64,000 bases of DNA from Lingula anatina (GCA_051362555.1 CM120641.1:46382401-46446400); one strand, 5' to 3'. Positions 1-14,700 are shown, numbered from the stretch's first letter. The notes: a model not told the origin generated them from the sequence alone. Numbers and translations are program-made.

Positions 1-298
1 AGAACCATATTATGATAACAATAAACAATAACCCATCACATGCCTTTGTTGGAAAGGCTATGTTGTCTCTTAATTGTAATTTTATAGCCTTGGTAATAAA
101 AGCTGGGATGAAATATTTATTGTGGTTATTTTGATAATCAAATGTAAAATGTGATAGGGCTCTTCTGTGGTGTTTGTTTTTACTGTACTTGAAAGGTTTG
201 TTTTAAGAAAAGATTTGTCCTGTGATATTATCTGTTTTGAATTGTAACTTAATGAAGATGTTGTCATTCACTCGTTCTATCCACACATTTCATGACAG

Positions 299-2696
299 GT
301 CAAAGGATAATAAACACCATGAGGCAGTCAGTTTTTGCATCAATTCTCAGACAAGAAACGGCTTTCTTTGACAAAAGTAAAAGCGGTGAGCTGATTAACA
401 GACTGTCAGCAGACACAACAGTGGTTGGTTCCTCTGTCACTCAGAATGTGTCTGATGGGTTAAGAGCTGTGGCACAGGGTGTGGGAGGAATTTCAATGAT
501 GGTATGTCTTACTGCACATTACATTTTACTAAATCACTGTATGAACATTTTGTAACCTAATGTAACCATTACCTTAGGGGAATAAAAGATTTAAGTGAGG
601 CTCTTTTAAGTAAGCACTGCGAAATGTACAAAATTGCACTATATTTCTAAAAAAAAAAAAAAGATTATTCAGAGCAGAGAGGAGAGGTTAAAAAAAGAAA
701 TGAGATGGCCCTTTACATTTCCTGAATTCCCATGTTACATGTGTTAAAATTCTGTTGTGATTACTACCATTTGGCACATTTGCAATATATACCAAATGTT
801 ATGTCTAACATCTGTGGAAGCAATGTTTTTTTTTCAGTCTTAATACTTGATCTGTGATAGCCATAATTATTTTGCTGTTGAAAGATTACTGACTGGTACA
901 TATATTTTAAAATTAAATTACAGGTTTATGTTTCACCCAAGCTAGCTCTAGCAGCTCTAGTCACAGTCCCACCAGTGGCTGTAGTGTTCATTATATATGG
1001 CAGGTTTCTGAGAAAGATAACCAAATCTGTCCAAGATTCTCTGGCAGAGGCTACACAGGTATAGCATAATGATTATATCATCGGGATAATAGAACCCCTG
1101 ACTCTGACAAATTCAAATTGATTTATAGAGCTATGCTTTATCAGAAAATCGGTATTACAGGGTATTCATTTTTTTATTTTTTGAAATCTGTTTTAATATT
1201 TGATTATTTTTGTTAGTATAAAGTTACTTCCAATATAACTTCAATCATCTCAATTTTTTAAACTTCTAGTGTGTCTCTCAGTGTTTCACAGGGCTCATTC
1301 CCATTGAGACTATAACTAACAAGTTTTGGATGTATATTTCAGGTTGCTGATGAAAGGATAAGCAACATGAGAACAGTCAGGGCATTTGCACATGAAAAAC
1401 TTGAAATGGGAGCATACAATAAAAAGATACAACATGTTTTAGACCTGTCCTACAAGGAGGCAATGGCCAGGGCAGTTTTCTTTGGCTCTGTAAGTAGACT
1501 TGGGCCTGGAATTTCGAAACTTTTATGTCAACAATATATAATTGTAAATATCCATAACTTAAGTCATCCAAGATTCCTCAAATTTGCCAAAGCATTTATA
1601 ATGATAATGATAATGATTCCATTACCATGCAATTCCTGTGTACTGCAAGAAAACTGGCCTTGGTTTTATCTAGAAAACTTGTTTATTTTGTAAATATCTG
1701 TTGTTAGGAGCATGAAAATGGCTTGTTGAAGCTAAGTCCTTAGAATGTTTTATTTGCCTTTTAATTATTTTATAGTTTTCATTTTACAATATAAGCTGTA
1801 GATATCATCAAGATAAGTATGTGGGCATGTCCAGCTGTGCCCATTGTTAAAATGAAAAAAACATTGACTTTCATAAAACACATTTATCATATGCATTTAT
1901 ATCCATATATATTTTTCAAAAGCTAAATTTTGAAATTGATGTTTTGAAAAACTTACAAATTTCAGACTGGTTTAGCGGGCAATGGTCTTGTCTTGTCTGT
2001 TTTCTATGTTGGTAGCAGAATGATGCATGATTCACAAATCACTGTTGGAGATTTGACATCATTTCTAATGTATGCCTTCTATATAGGAATATCACTGTCA
2101 GGTCAGTTATGTCAGGAATATTTTTGTTATTATTGTATCATTAATAACTAGGCATGTTATAATCAGTTTTATTTAATATTCTTATCAGATGTTTTTGAAT
2201 TTAAAAATGTTTTTAAGTTGCATTGACAAACATCAAGATTAACAAAGGTTATCAGAAGATGGATTTCATCTTCAGAAGATTGATATGTATCATATTTAAG
2301 TACAAGTTTATAATACTATTTATGATATGTATCACTAGTTCTTTCTATTTGTAATATGCATCACATTTAAGGCAGGAATTAGATATATTTGTGATTTATA
2401 TCACATTTAAGATGTGGCTTAATTTTAGTTATTACTTACATTACATTTTAGGTATGAGTTCATTTTATTCGGAGTTGAACCGAGCACTTGGAGCAAGTAC
2501 AAGGATATGGGAAATAATTGATAAAACTCCTACAATTCCAATTTCGGGTAAGGCTGTGTGTGTTATATTAATTTACTTAAGGTGTGTGACAGTTTGGTAA
2601 TGAAACTAGACATGGTTGTTTTATAGACCCCCCCCCCCCCCAAAAAAAAAAAAAAAAAAAAAAAAAAAAGGTGCCTGTTGCAGCACTTTGTAAGAG

Positions 2697-2750
<54 letters not shown>

Positions 2751-4996
2751 CTTTAATTCTTCTTCTTCTAGTATTTTTAGAAGTTTTTCAGAAGTTTTTA
2801 CATAATAGAAGAGAAGAAATGTATAAAGAAATGAAATATTTTCTTTTCAGGCGGGTTAATCCCCAGTGTGCCACTGGCGGGGAACATTGTATTCAAAGAT
2901 GTCAGCTTTAATTACCCGACCAGAGAAGATGCTGTGATATTCTCTGGTCTTGACCTACAGATCCCAGCAGGGTCTGTTATGGCTGTGGTAGGGCCTAGTG
3001 GCTCTGGGAAATCCACTCTGGCTGGACTGTTCCTCAGGCTTTATGATCCACAGAAAGGTGAGAGATTTTTAATGATCAAATGTAATGAATTTGTTGTTTC
3101 ACAGATTAATTATGTGGTATTGCTTTAGAATAGTGGTCATTTTTGGTGAAAGCCCAAATTTTTTAACGAGATGAGAAGCACTTACTTTGGTTATCATTTT
3201 TGGTTTTGTACTCAAAATATTTGCCAGGGGAACATAAGTTCTTATGTTCAATAGGGAACTGACCATGAACATAATGAAAATGCCATCTTACTCATAATGT
3301 TGTAAATTTTGAAATTTGAAGAAGAGGTTTGTATATTATAGATGTAAAATGTATATGTTATTATTATTTTATTAATTTGATTTTACAATTAATCTTATGT
3401 TATTTATATGATATATGTATATTACCCCTCATGTATTCAGGTAGTATCACCCTGGATGGTACTGATACCACACAGCTAGACCCAGAGTGGTTGAGACACC
3501 AGACAGGCACTGTCAGCCAGGAACCCATTCTGTTCTCCTCCACAGTGAGGGAAAATATAGCGTACGGCGCCGTGGACCCAGAATCTGTCACAATGGATGA
3601 CGTGATTGCTGCAGCAAAGAAAGCAAATGCACATTATTTTATCCAGGGCTTCCCTCAGGGGTACGAGACTGTGGTTGGGGAGAGGGGGCTGATGTTGTCA
3701 GGTAAAGAATGGTATTGTCAGATAATTAGATTCTGTACTTGAAATTGTCACAACTTAAAAGTTGATAAAAATTTAAAAGGTCAATTTGCGTACAATTTTT
3801 GTACCATAATGGCTTCTTGCTGACGATGGTTATAAGAGGGAGCAAAGAGGCAGGAAGCTTGTAATTCACCCCTCATCCTTATTTTATTAATGATACCCTG
3901 GTTATAGTAGTTATGTTGTAAAAAAACGAGGTGAAAAATTGTAACAGAAAATATGTCAGTTGAAAAGCAATGTGACAATTGATTGAATTTAACTTTTTAC
4001 TTCCAAGGGTTAAGTAGAAGTAGTAGTTATATTAAAATCAAATTGAAATGGTAACAGAAGACGGTTTGTACAAATACAACATAAAAGCTTTTTTTTACCT
4101 ATTCTACAGGTGGGCAGAGACAGAGAGTAGCCATTGCAAGAGCTATACTAAAGGTAGTGTGAATGCCATCAAGATTAAAGTTCATACTTTGAATAGGAGC
4201 TTGTCACATCATTTCTGTAGCACTAACTATTTTAAAGCAATTAGAGGAATGCTCTTATAGCAGCAGTTGTGAAATTGTTTTAGATTCTTTATAAAAATAC
4301 CAGTCTGAGATTATAGGTGGAAAATCACTTCTATAATATGTAAATAGTAAATGACTGTTATTTATTGCAGAATCCTAAAATATTACTGCTGGACGAAGCC
4401 ACAAGGTAGAGCTGTTTCTTTATTTTTCACATTAAAATTGTTTTTAATGTATTGTTCCTGTTTATGCATAGTTCTTGGTGTGGTAAATTCTCATATTTAA
4501 ACTGGTTCTTTAGTACTTCCTGTGATAATATGATGTAATGCACAAATCTTTTTTCATTTTGATTAAAAAAAAAAAAACAATTTCATTCAAGAATGCAAAA
4601 ATTGCTTCATAATACAAATTGTCAATTTAGCATTGCCTTATCTTTCGAAGTTTTATTTAGGAAACATTTTTGTCCAATTGTAGTTCTCCCATTCTGCACA
4701 CTTAAGTGTATGTAAGTCTCTACTATTTTCACAATTTTTTTCTCAGTGCTTTGGATGCTGAGAGTGAACACTTGGTTCAGGATGCACTTGAGAAGCTGAT
4801 GGTAGGACGTACTGTGATCACCATAGCCCACCGCCTGTCTACCATTAAGAATGCAGACAAGATAGCGGTGCTGGACGGAGGGAAAGTTGTAGAACTTGGT
4901 TCATACTCTGAGCTCACTCAGTTATCTAATGGAGTGTTCAGGAAGCTGGTGGAAAGACAGGCCATTGTGATTGATGATGAGGGTCTACAAAGCTGA
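299..4996 (+). CDS. ABCB10: Mitochondrial ABC half-transporter ABCB10-like, 3' part (5' exons lie before the window)
   Basis: Ten GT-AG exons join in frame: 299-501, 924-1058, 1343-1489, 1966-2101, 2452-2547, 2851-3057, 3441-3701, 4110-4153, 4371-4405, 4747-4996. TM domain ([23 protein letters not shown]), Walker [11 protein letters not shown]-loop VSQEP, signature LSGGQRQR, Walker [14 protein letters not shown]-loop IAHR. AATAAA at 5425-5430. Confidence 0.9.
2628..2746. repeat. Poly-C/poly-A run followed by a (TA)n microsatellite
   Basis: C run 2628-2641, A run 2642-2669, (TA)n 2701-2746, inside an ABCB10 intron. Confidence 0.9.
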
Positions 4997-7087
4997 TGTC
5001 TGCATTGGCTTTAAGCAGTTGCCTTCAAGTGTCTTGCATTTGGACATTATCTATTTAAATAGTGATTTTTATAGTCAAATTTTACTACTGGCATTTGTTT
5101 TTATTAATTAGTACTCCATTTGAGGTAATATGGTTATCAATCATAATCATGGCAACTGAGAATTTTAATTTTACTACTAGCAACACAAACAGTAAATTAA
5201 TGCTCCATTTGGTGCAGTAGTATATTTATGCAACCATGGTAACCAATGATTTATTATATAATAGGATAACTGCAAGGCTGGAGAATAGGAAATGGTTTGT
5301 ATTATGTAAAATTGTAAGGATTGAAGTAACGTACGTAGATATGATAATGATCAAAATAATTCATGCTGATAGTATAAGACCTTGTTTTAGTTAATTTAAA
5401 AGGGAAGTATCTGAAACAGATTTAAATAAAAGATAGTTAAAAATATTTTGCAAGAAATGTTTCCGAGTGGTTGTGTAACATCAAGTGAATAAACTTGTGA
5501 TTTTTGATACGATTTAAGGTAAATTCAAAACTTTTAAGTTAAAACAGTTAAGTTAAAACAGTTAAAACTGTTAATCAGACTAAATTTACTCAACACATGC
5601 AATCTATCACACAAATATCAGTTTGTTTATTACGCAGTTTTCTTCAAGTAAATTGATGTCCGTGACATAGACAGCAGTGCTTCACTTACAAAATTCACTC
5701 CTAGCAGTTATATATTTTTTAGCTTGATGAAAGTGATACGACAAATCTAATATATTGCCAAGTAAACAACAGCATAGTAAAGCAAAGTTTTTTTGTCAGA
5801 TATCCTTTTTTCCGTGAAACATTCTAGAAGAAAAAGTAGTTTTCCTGAAACTTGTTTGCCACTGTTCTATCTTAAGTCCCAACATTTTCCTAACAGACCT
5901 ACAATATTTCGTCACAGCAGGGTTTCAATCATTTTATCTCCAGTTGTCCAAAATTCATGCATTCACAATATGCACCTATGAACAACTCTGGTTTGATCTA
6001 ATTTATATGTAAACTGCATAATTTTGTTCTTAAACATTCCTTTGAAATCAATAAATATGTCATGCTCATTTACTTTATTGAAAACCTCAATTATAAACAC
6101 TGGACTTTCTTTAAATAGAGCTACTTTGGTATTGAGAGAACAAAAAACTGCATTTGTGTGATAAAATAGCTCCTATTCTTTCTGTGATACTGTAGGACTG
6201 AAAAAATCTACAAAAAGAACAAGATGTCCCCAATTTATCATAACCAACCATTTCTAACTGAAACTAAATTTTATTTACTTCCCTATAACACATCCAAATG
6301 CACACAAATCTGAATATGACAAACAAAACTATGACTCTTGTAGACACCTTACGTGAGAGACTCTCTTCTAATTACGAATTTGACACATTATTTTAGCTTT
6401 AGCTTGGATACCACCGCATACCAATGTGCAGGCAATTTGGGAGTATTTTATTTCCAGCTGCTTTGTGTATATGAAAGTCTGCTTCTACAGTGATCATTTT
6501 AGACCAGAAATCGAATACTAGGCGTGTCTCCAGTCAAGTTGGTTCCACCTAATTCAGTAAAACTCACCTCCAGCAGATCATCTGATAATGATTTGCTTAC
6601 AACAGGACACCAAGCTACTAGTACCTCTGACAGTGCCATTACTCCAGTCAGTATGACCTATGTCAGTACAACCATCTACTTGTACCAATAAATATAACCA
6701 TGAGTGGGGCAACAGAGAGATTTGGTTTGCCGTCTTTGGTGAGCTTAATACAGCAATTGTGTTGAACTCACAACAGCAACTGTGTTGAACTCACAATGGG
6801 CAGCTAATCAAAGCAGACCAGTCTCATATATAGGCTGTACTTAAATAGGCAAGCCTCTATGGAAAGACAACTTAATTCGCACTGTCAGATGACCAGATTA
6901 CAGAGACATTCAATTGGTCAAATGATCACATTTTAAGTCAATTTCTAGACTAAAACCACCCCTGGTGAAGCATGCCAAGCCAGTTTTCAATCATGCCTAA
7001 ATCTCCACTTTGCCCCACAAGTACTCTTCTCCTTGTGTTTCAGGAGTAACAGAGGTGAGCTCGGAGTGATCTCTGAGACTCAGGGTG

Positions 7088-9185
7088 CTACTCCTGGACA
7101 CAGTCTAAATACCAAGGCAATTTCAACACACAGTGTCCCACGCCAGTCATGCTCCTGGGCAGTGCCCCTAGTGTCTCCCACGTCCCCATGGTCAGATCAT
7201 ACTTGGAAACCATTTTCTGTCCAGTTTTAGTCTGTACATTATACCCTCCTAGGACAAATATGGAGTTTTGGAACACCACACAGCTGGCCTCTTTGTGTGA
7301 GATAGACATTGGGGCGATCACTGTCCACTGATCAGTGTCAGGGTCATAACACTCAGACTGCATCACAGGCTGTGCTTGCTGGTTGGCGTTAAGGTTGCAC
7401 CCTCCAAAGACAAATAAACGATCACGAGCTATGCACATGACGTGCCACGCACGCGGGGAGAGCATCGATGTCATGTCCTCCCACTGGTTCAAGGTTGGAT
7501 CGTAACGCTGCATGTCTGGTGTAAAATGGTTACTGCTGTAGCCGCCACTTACAAATATATGGTTTCCGTAAACTGCCCCAGCGTGAGCATGGTACGATGT
7601 GGGCATAGCAGAGATTGGGGTCCAGGAGTTATCAGCAGGGTCATACATCTCTCCTGAGGCCAGGCTGCCTTCCTTGTACTTCCCACCTATTGCAAACAGT
7701 TTATTGTTCAAGGCTCCAGAATAGAAATATGCCCGTTTGTTGATCATGGGAGCCACCTGAAACCAGGCATCAAACCTGGGGTCGTACCTCATGACAGAGT
7801 TTGTCGCAGACTCCCCATGCGCACACTGCGTAGTGCACCCTCCCATGACGTAGAGAAAATTGTTCATCACGACCACTTGCATGTGACTGAGAGCATGTGG
7901 TAAGCTCGCCATATGACGTCTATTCATCAAGCTACTGGCAGACATCTTGGCGTCGTAGACTAAAATTTCGTCATGCAGACCAGGAAAAGGGTGAATCTCA
8001 CGACCACCTACGCTAATAAGTCTTTCTTCAAATGACCTCACGTGAGTGTTACTGGAATGATGCAGAGGCTGAGAGTGAGGGACGACGTGATAATTTAAAG
8101 CCTCCAACACCATCTCTCTCAGTTCCTTGATGTTCATCATGACATCTATGCTCTGCACCTTCTGAACTAAATCAGCAGGACTGATCAAGGGAAACCTGAT
8201 GTTGGTCATCAGAGCTACAATACACCTCTCCCTGTTCTGATCCATCCTAATCCACTCCCACGCCACCTGAAACAAATCTATCTCCTTCAATTTTAGAGTA
8301 TCACAGCTTAGACAGCTCAAGATTTGGTCATAAGTGAGAAGGTGAAGGGTCCCCTCTAAAGCAATCTGCATCAAGTTCTGGGAGATAAAACTGTCAATCT
8401 GTTTCAGAGCATTATTCATGTTGTATAATTTAGCAGTGGTTATAAAATCGTAAAAATTCCCAGTGGTCATGCCACTTAGGAAGTTCTTTTCGCAAAACTC
8501 AATCACTGGTGTGACTTGTAAATGCGTGGCAGCTGCCGTGACGTCAAATATGTCATCTCCGTCTAAAGTGGTACTTGATGTATAGACTATCTCCAGCACT
8601 TTATCCAAGCCCCTGGCGGTCACCCCTTTCAACTCGATCTCCCGCTGAGTGCTCTCCTTCATCCCACTCGTGAACATGGAACGGAAGTAATCTGAACATG
8701 ATACCAGAATCACTTTGTGGACATCAAAGCGTTGAGCTGCAAAATAATCGTGTTTGGTTTTAGATATTACTGGATCATTTATACAATGGAACATAATAAG
8801 GCAATATAAATGATTATAATATAAATAATATAAATCTACAGGATACAATTAAGGTTAAACATGCCTTTGCATAAAAAATTGTAACATTAAGTGGAATGAT
8901 ATTATGTCAACTTTATGCAATGTGTCAACAAATACATGTTAATGATGGACTATCATTTTATTTATACTTCTAAAAAAGAAAATTTTCTTTGAACAAAATA
9001 TAATAGTCACCTTCAGCAATTAATGTCACATCACACAGTACTTTGTCTCTTTTGAGGTGGTTCAAGCCCTGCAGGATTTTGACACCATGTTCAGGGCGTA
9101 TAGTGGGTTCAGCAACATCTTCAATCAAACCATCCTCGTAGCAGTCATTCATGATGCAGCGTCTTTTGGGGTCGGGACCACTCAT
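7088..9185 (-). CDS. Kelch-like protein (BTB-BACK-Kelch repeats), KLHL9/13/26/36-like CUL3 adaptor, about 607 aa
   Basis: Coding exon 9185-9011 (MSGPDPKRRC...LCDVTLIAE, phase-1 GT donor) joins exon 8736-7088 (acceptor TTTTGCAG; AQRFDVHKVILVSCSDYFRSMFTSGMKES). BACK domain (IRFPLISP) and kelch repeats with GG..YDP..W motifs. Candidate minus-strand polyA signal at 5626-5631. Exact orthology not resolvable by eye. Confidence 0.9.
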
Positions 9186-10299
9186 TGACTTGCATCAGCT
9201 CTCACATGACACTTGGGAATTGAAATTAAAATGTTAAAATATTTTCTTACACACATTTTGGTTTCACATTTATGGAGCCTAATTAAAACAGAGGTTAAAA
9301 TACTTACCCTGTTTGATATCTAAATTTCTTTTGTTTATAACTCCCATGGGCAATCCAAATATTTTGTCTCCAGTACTCCTTATTTTACACTTTACGTATC
9401 CCTTATTGTTACAATATAGACAGAGAGATACAGGTTCCATTAAGACCAGATATGGTGATCCTATAGAAAATACTGAAATGTGCTTGGATTGGATGACAAA
9501 ATTAATATACACACACATCATATTTATATTTATAGTGATCAGAAGTAATGAAATTATGATTTTAAAGATAGGTTTGTGCCAAGAAAACAAGTCAGTTCAT
9601 TAATAAATCCAATCTAAATCAAAGCTGTTCCTGGCAATATTACTGACCAAGAAGAGCCACTCGCCAACAAGGAAGTTGACCCAATGATGAACAAATTGTA
9701 TTGATAATATTAATTACTTAGTAATATATTTTGATTTGATATCACCCTATTTTGTTTGGAATGACCATTTTCCCATGTTTACTTGTGATTGGTCTCGTTT
9801 TTTCAAGTTCCGCTGTGTTGCTCTGTATTGCACAATTTAGGCACACCCTAATTACACTGATCAAACAAATTCCATCACTGTCAATTTTGCACAGCATTGA
9901 TTCCTAGCATATGGACAAATTGCATCATGGGTTTACCAATTCTGTGGATTCAAAAGTCTGTTGAAGGCTTGGCTGCATCCACCACATTTCTAACCAGTGC
10001 ATAATTTCTTGTAAATATGAATGCTTACACACCACTAACACAGGAATCTTCATGCCACTGCAGTATGTGACTTGTTAAGTTAAGAGCGAGGCAGGGTTGA
10101 ATGTCTTAAAGTCCCTATCCTATTTTTTAACCCCCAACAACAAAGAAATGCTTGATTCTCAAGCACAGCACTCAATAAACATAAAATAAGAAGAAATTTA
10201 GATACAAATCAGTTTTAACAAAGGCAAATCCTGCCTGCAGAGACTAGTGGTAGTGAGGCACTGGGGCAGTCGAAATTTTGGGGAAAATGCTCTACGTAC

Positions 10300-11025
10300 T
10301 GGCAGCCTGAGGTTATCTACCTCTGGTATACGATATGGTCATTACGTGACTCGTTACATATACTCAACATGTACTGTTCCTCTTGGCGATGAAACAGTGA
10401 ACACAGACAAGAACGTGACAAAACATTTGGTTGCTGCTTCTGATACAACATACGTTTTAATACTATCAGTTTTACAATTAACAAGTGTAAATGCCACAAT
10501 CGGAATAGATTACTTTAATGTACGTATTCTAGGTTACTTATATTATTGCTTACCGGTCTCTTGCACGGTCATGTTATTGCACATAAACACAAAACCATCA
10601 AATCGTCATCAACTTGTCTTAGCTAATGACATCATTTAGAAGGTAGTATATTACACTCCGTAAAGTTGAAGAAAATTCTATGTTAAAATGTCTTCTTGAA
10701 TGCAACTTTTTTGAGTAAATTGAATACTCTAACATGTGTAAATTATCAAACCTAGTAAATGTGAAGATTTTGTTTTAATATATTTGACATAATGCTGATA
10801 TCATAATTTTTTTTTATAAATTTCATATCCCAAATTTACACGTGAAATATGTCTCCGGGACATTTCCGCCACCTATCGGAAGAGTCTGAAGTTGCTCACA
10901 GTTGCTCACATATTGCAACATGAAGCTGTTAGAGATGGAATCACCGTGCATGTCTTCCACGTGAGATGCCATTGCCTGCCCACTGTAGCAATTTCTCCCT
11001 TGTGTCTTAGAGGATTAATGAGAAG
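10300..11025. promoter_or_regulatory. Putative bidirectional promoter region between the head-to-head KLHL-like gene and BRF1
   Basis: Divergent gene orientation and locally retained CpGs. CGCCACCTATCGGAAG at 10867-10882 (CTCF-like plus ETS-like). Candidate BRF1 5'UTR exon donor AAG|GTAAAT at 11025. Confidence 0.4.
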
Positions 11026-11771
11026 GTAAATTTTGTACGTGATGAAGGAAACTGCAGAAGCAGTTCACTGTACAGTTTAATGGAGAGCGAAATATTTTTT
11101 GTATTTATAATTCCACGTATTTGTCCATCAATTATCCTCTTTTTATTTTTACAACGAAATAGAATCGTGTAAAACAAGTAACACAAACTATTTAAGATAG
11201 AAAAATGTTGTTATAAAAGAGCTTTAATTAAAATATCTCAACTGGCAAGTTCATATAAGCACAAAGATTGAAAGAACAGATGGTATCTCAATTAAATCTA
11301 GGTTAGTATGTAAAATTATAGATACTGTAATAATGTAGGGTCTGAGGACAGAGAAGGGACTAAGTGCTTGGTTTGGGACAGTTGTATTTTACCTCAACCC
11401 TTATACCAGCAATATAAACAGGATCAGGTGGAGAGCATTGTAAGACGGGAACAACTCTATGGGGAATGTTACATAATTGATTGAGAATGTGAGATACCAT
11501 TAAAAGTGGAGACCAGTAATGTAAAATCTATTCAAGAATAAGTAAGTGCTAACAACACTTCAGTGCCTTTTGGGTCAGTGAACCAGATATGAACCCCCAG
11601 CTGCATAATGGTTTCCCTTATCACTCTCTTTTTATCAGTGCATAATATTGCAGTCAACACCTTATCGTAATAATCTTAATTATAATTATGATTAATTCAT
11701 TAATGTATGTTATTGTTATATGGTATTTTATAAGTAAAATACAATGCATGTCCTGTCATTAGTTGCAGACA

Positions 11772-14700
11772 ATGTCTAGTCGGGTGTGCCAGCACTGCGG
11801 TTGCAGTGAGATCGACACGGATGCTGCCCGCGGTGACGCCGTGTGCACCAGCTGTGGGTCTGTACTGGAGGACCAGATCATCGTCTCGGAGGTCCAGTTC
11901 CAGGAAAACTCAATAGGTGGCACCTCTGTCATTGGGCAGTATGTGTCTGCGGAAGGTGAGGTGATGTTTATGGTCGTTCACTTCCAAGAAATATCAAACC
12001 CTTGCGAAACCAGTTTCATCAGTGAATGAGTTTCCCCAACTCTAACCAGTAATGTTATTGTCATTATGCACTATTTGGAGTTGGTTCCTTGCATTTTAAG
12101 GTGCTATTGTTAATTATATGTTTAATGATAAATTTATGCATTTTTTTGCACTGTTATGTTGTAATGGAGAATAATAAAACTAGTAGGATGAAAGCTACTT
12201 ATACCTGAATAAGTTAGAGTGACTGAACCAAGCAATTGTTATAAGAATAAAGGTTTTAACATTTCAATATGATTATTATTACTGTTATTATTATTTAGGG
12301 AACAAGTCTCACAGCATGGGCAGTGGTTTCCATCATGGTTTTGGAAAGGAATCCCGGGCTGTCACTTTGCAAAATGGTGAGGTTTAAATACTTGGAAAGC
12401 ATGCATAAGTTCATATATATATAAGGTGGTCTTTGTGTCAAGTGTAGAAGAGATAAGATGTTCAATAGACCATTTCAAAGTGTCTTCCAAATGGTTTTAT
12501 ATATGTATTTGTTTGTTTGTTTGTTTTTTTATTGTCTGTTTATTGGTCCCCATCTAAAGACATGACGCATTACACACAGACATGTTTAGATATTTATTCA
12601 TTCTATGTCATATTGATGATAACCCTTTTTTTCCACAGGAAAAAGAAATATCCAACAGCTGGCCTCACAGTTGAAGCTGAATCAACATTGTATAGAAATA
12701 GGTTACAACTTCTTCAAAATGGCTGTTAGTAAGCGCCTGACAAGGGGAAGAAAAACCAAACACGTGATAGCAGCCTGTTTATATTTAGTTTGCAGAACAG
12801 AAGGCACACCACGTATCCTTTTTTTCTGTGAATTTGATAATCATGTTCAGCTGGCTTGGTTCAGCTCTGTAACTCTAATCAAGGTGGTACCTGAAATCCC
12901 AAGGGAGGTAAGAGTGAGGATTTAACAGATCAATAAGTTCCAAGCCCAGCTGTGAACTCTGTGATCCTGTTAATTAGGCTACCTGGCTGTAATACAGTAC
13001 TTTATCCTCCAATTCTTCAATGTGTATGGTGAAATCCTTACTAGTATGCATATCAACCGTATTATCATGTCAAACCACAGATCTTGCAAATCAATAGTCA
13101 AAATGACATCCATCGAGTGCATTTTATTTACCGGACGATTTGGATAAAAATTCCTTAACTTGCATTAGATATGCTGTTGGATTTTAGTGATATACTCCAA
13201 GTCAATGTGTACACACTGGGAAAGACGTACCTCCACTTGTCCAGAGAACTGTGTATAAATGCACCAGCTATTGGTGAGTAAACATTTGTTTATATAGGCA
13301 ACTGGGGAAATATAATTTATTATTTATTTATTTATTTATTTTTCTCAAAACTTAGCAAGTTTTAATATTTATCACTGGGATAAAATTTATCTTGGTCTAA
13401 TACCAAAATTTATTTAGTCAGGTTTATGTTTTGAAATAAATCAATGATAGATATGCTGAAAAAAATTTTCTCCTTTTCTCTGTATCCAATTTATAATTTA
13501 CAAATTTTCTAAAATTTACTGTGCTTTAGTGGGCATTACCACATTTCTAGTATATAAGAATAATATGCTATGTTTAGAACTTAAAAATTTCCAAATCTGA
13601 TATACAAGTAGGCATGTAATGATGAGATTTTAGAATTTCTTATGAGGTAAATAGAATTCAATAGACAATTTTGTGTTGTTGAGTGCTTTAAGTGGAGTTG
13701 ATATTGGGCAAGACAAGAAAGTGATTGAAATAACTTTAGAAACATTACGTGCATTACATTTCACCAAAATTTGCCCCGTGCTGAAAATATTGACGCCCGT
13801 GAAGTTGAGTAGATAAATTACTGGAAAAGCTGTAATTATTCTAGTTATTTCTGAATAATTCATTTGATATATATAATTTATCTGGAGTCCACCTTTTTAA
13901 AAGTGTGATATAATTTCATTTGAAACAAAACTGCCAAAGTCAACATTCACTGTATTTATTTGACTTTCAATGAATTAAATATACAGATATTGTCAGATCA
14001 TTAGAAAAGTAAAGCCCAACTTTGAAAGTAATTGACAGTATCACATGATCCACATATTTTGCCCACTTGCACCATCTTGGCTTCTACATGAAGAATAAAA
14101 GTCCTAACGAAACCACCTGTGCATAGGACCTTGCTAATAAGAACTATCAATTCATTGTAATCAAGATAACAATTAAAATAAACTGGTGAAGATTTGAAAA
14201 GATTCCATGTGTGTCTATGTAGAATGGTACTATTTTATGCAATTTAAGAATACTAGAGATATTTCCTTCAGTAATACTAGCTGTATAATAAATACATTGA
14301 TAACATATTTACTAGTTAACAATTATTTACTTCTAATTTATTAATTGTAAATATCTATTTGAAAAGGAATTATATTGAACATACAAAATGTATATCACAA
14401 TATGTATATAAATATTACCACCTATATACAAGAAAGCTCCTCATATTCTACATGCCTCAACCTTTGCCACTACTCCTTACGTCAAGCAGTTACAGCTCTA
14501 AATTTAATAGCTGTTGAAGAAATAAACAGAAGAAAATTATAAATAAATATCATGCATCCTGCATGCAAGTGTACAAAAAAAGATGAGGTAACCAGTCTAT
14601 TGACAACCCTTGATATGTGCCCATTTTAAGTACAATTTCACTGTTATAACCACGCCTATGTAGGAGGGACAAGATACTATACATGCTTAAAAATGAAATT

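Noticed and set aside
8737-8848. N-terminal extension of the 586-aa kelch ORF
   Set aside because: Intronic read-through; the acceptor is at 8737-8738 and the BTB start is in the upstream exon.
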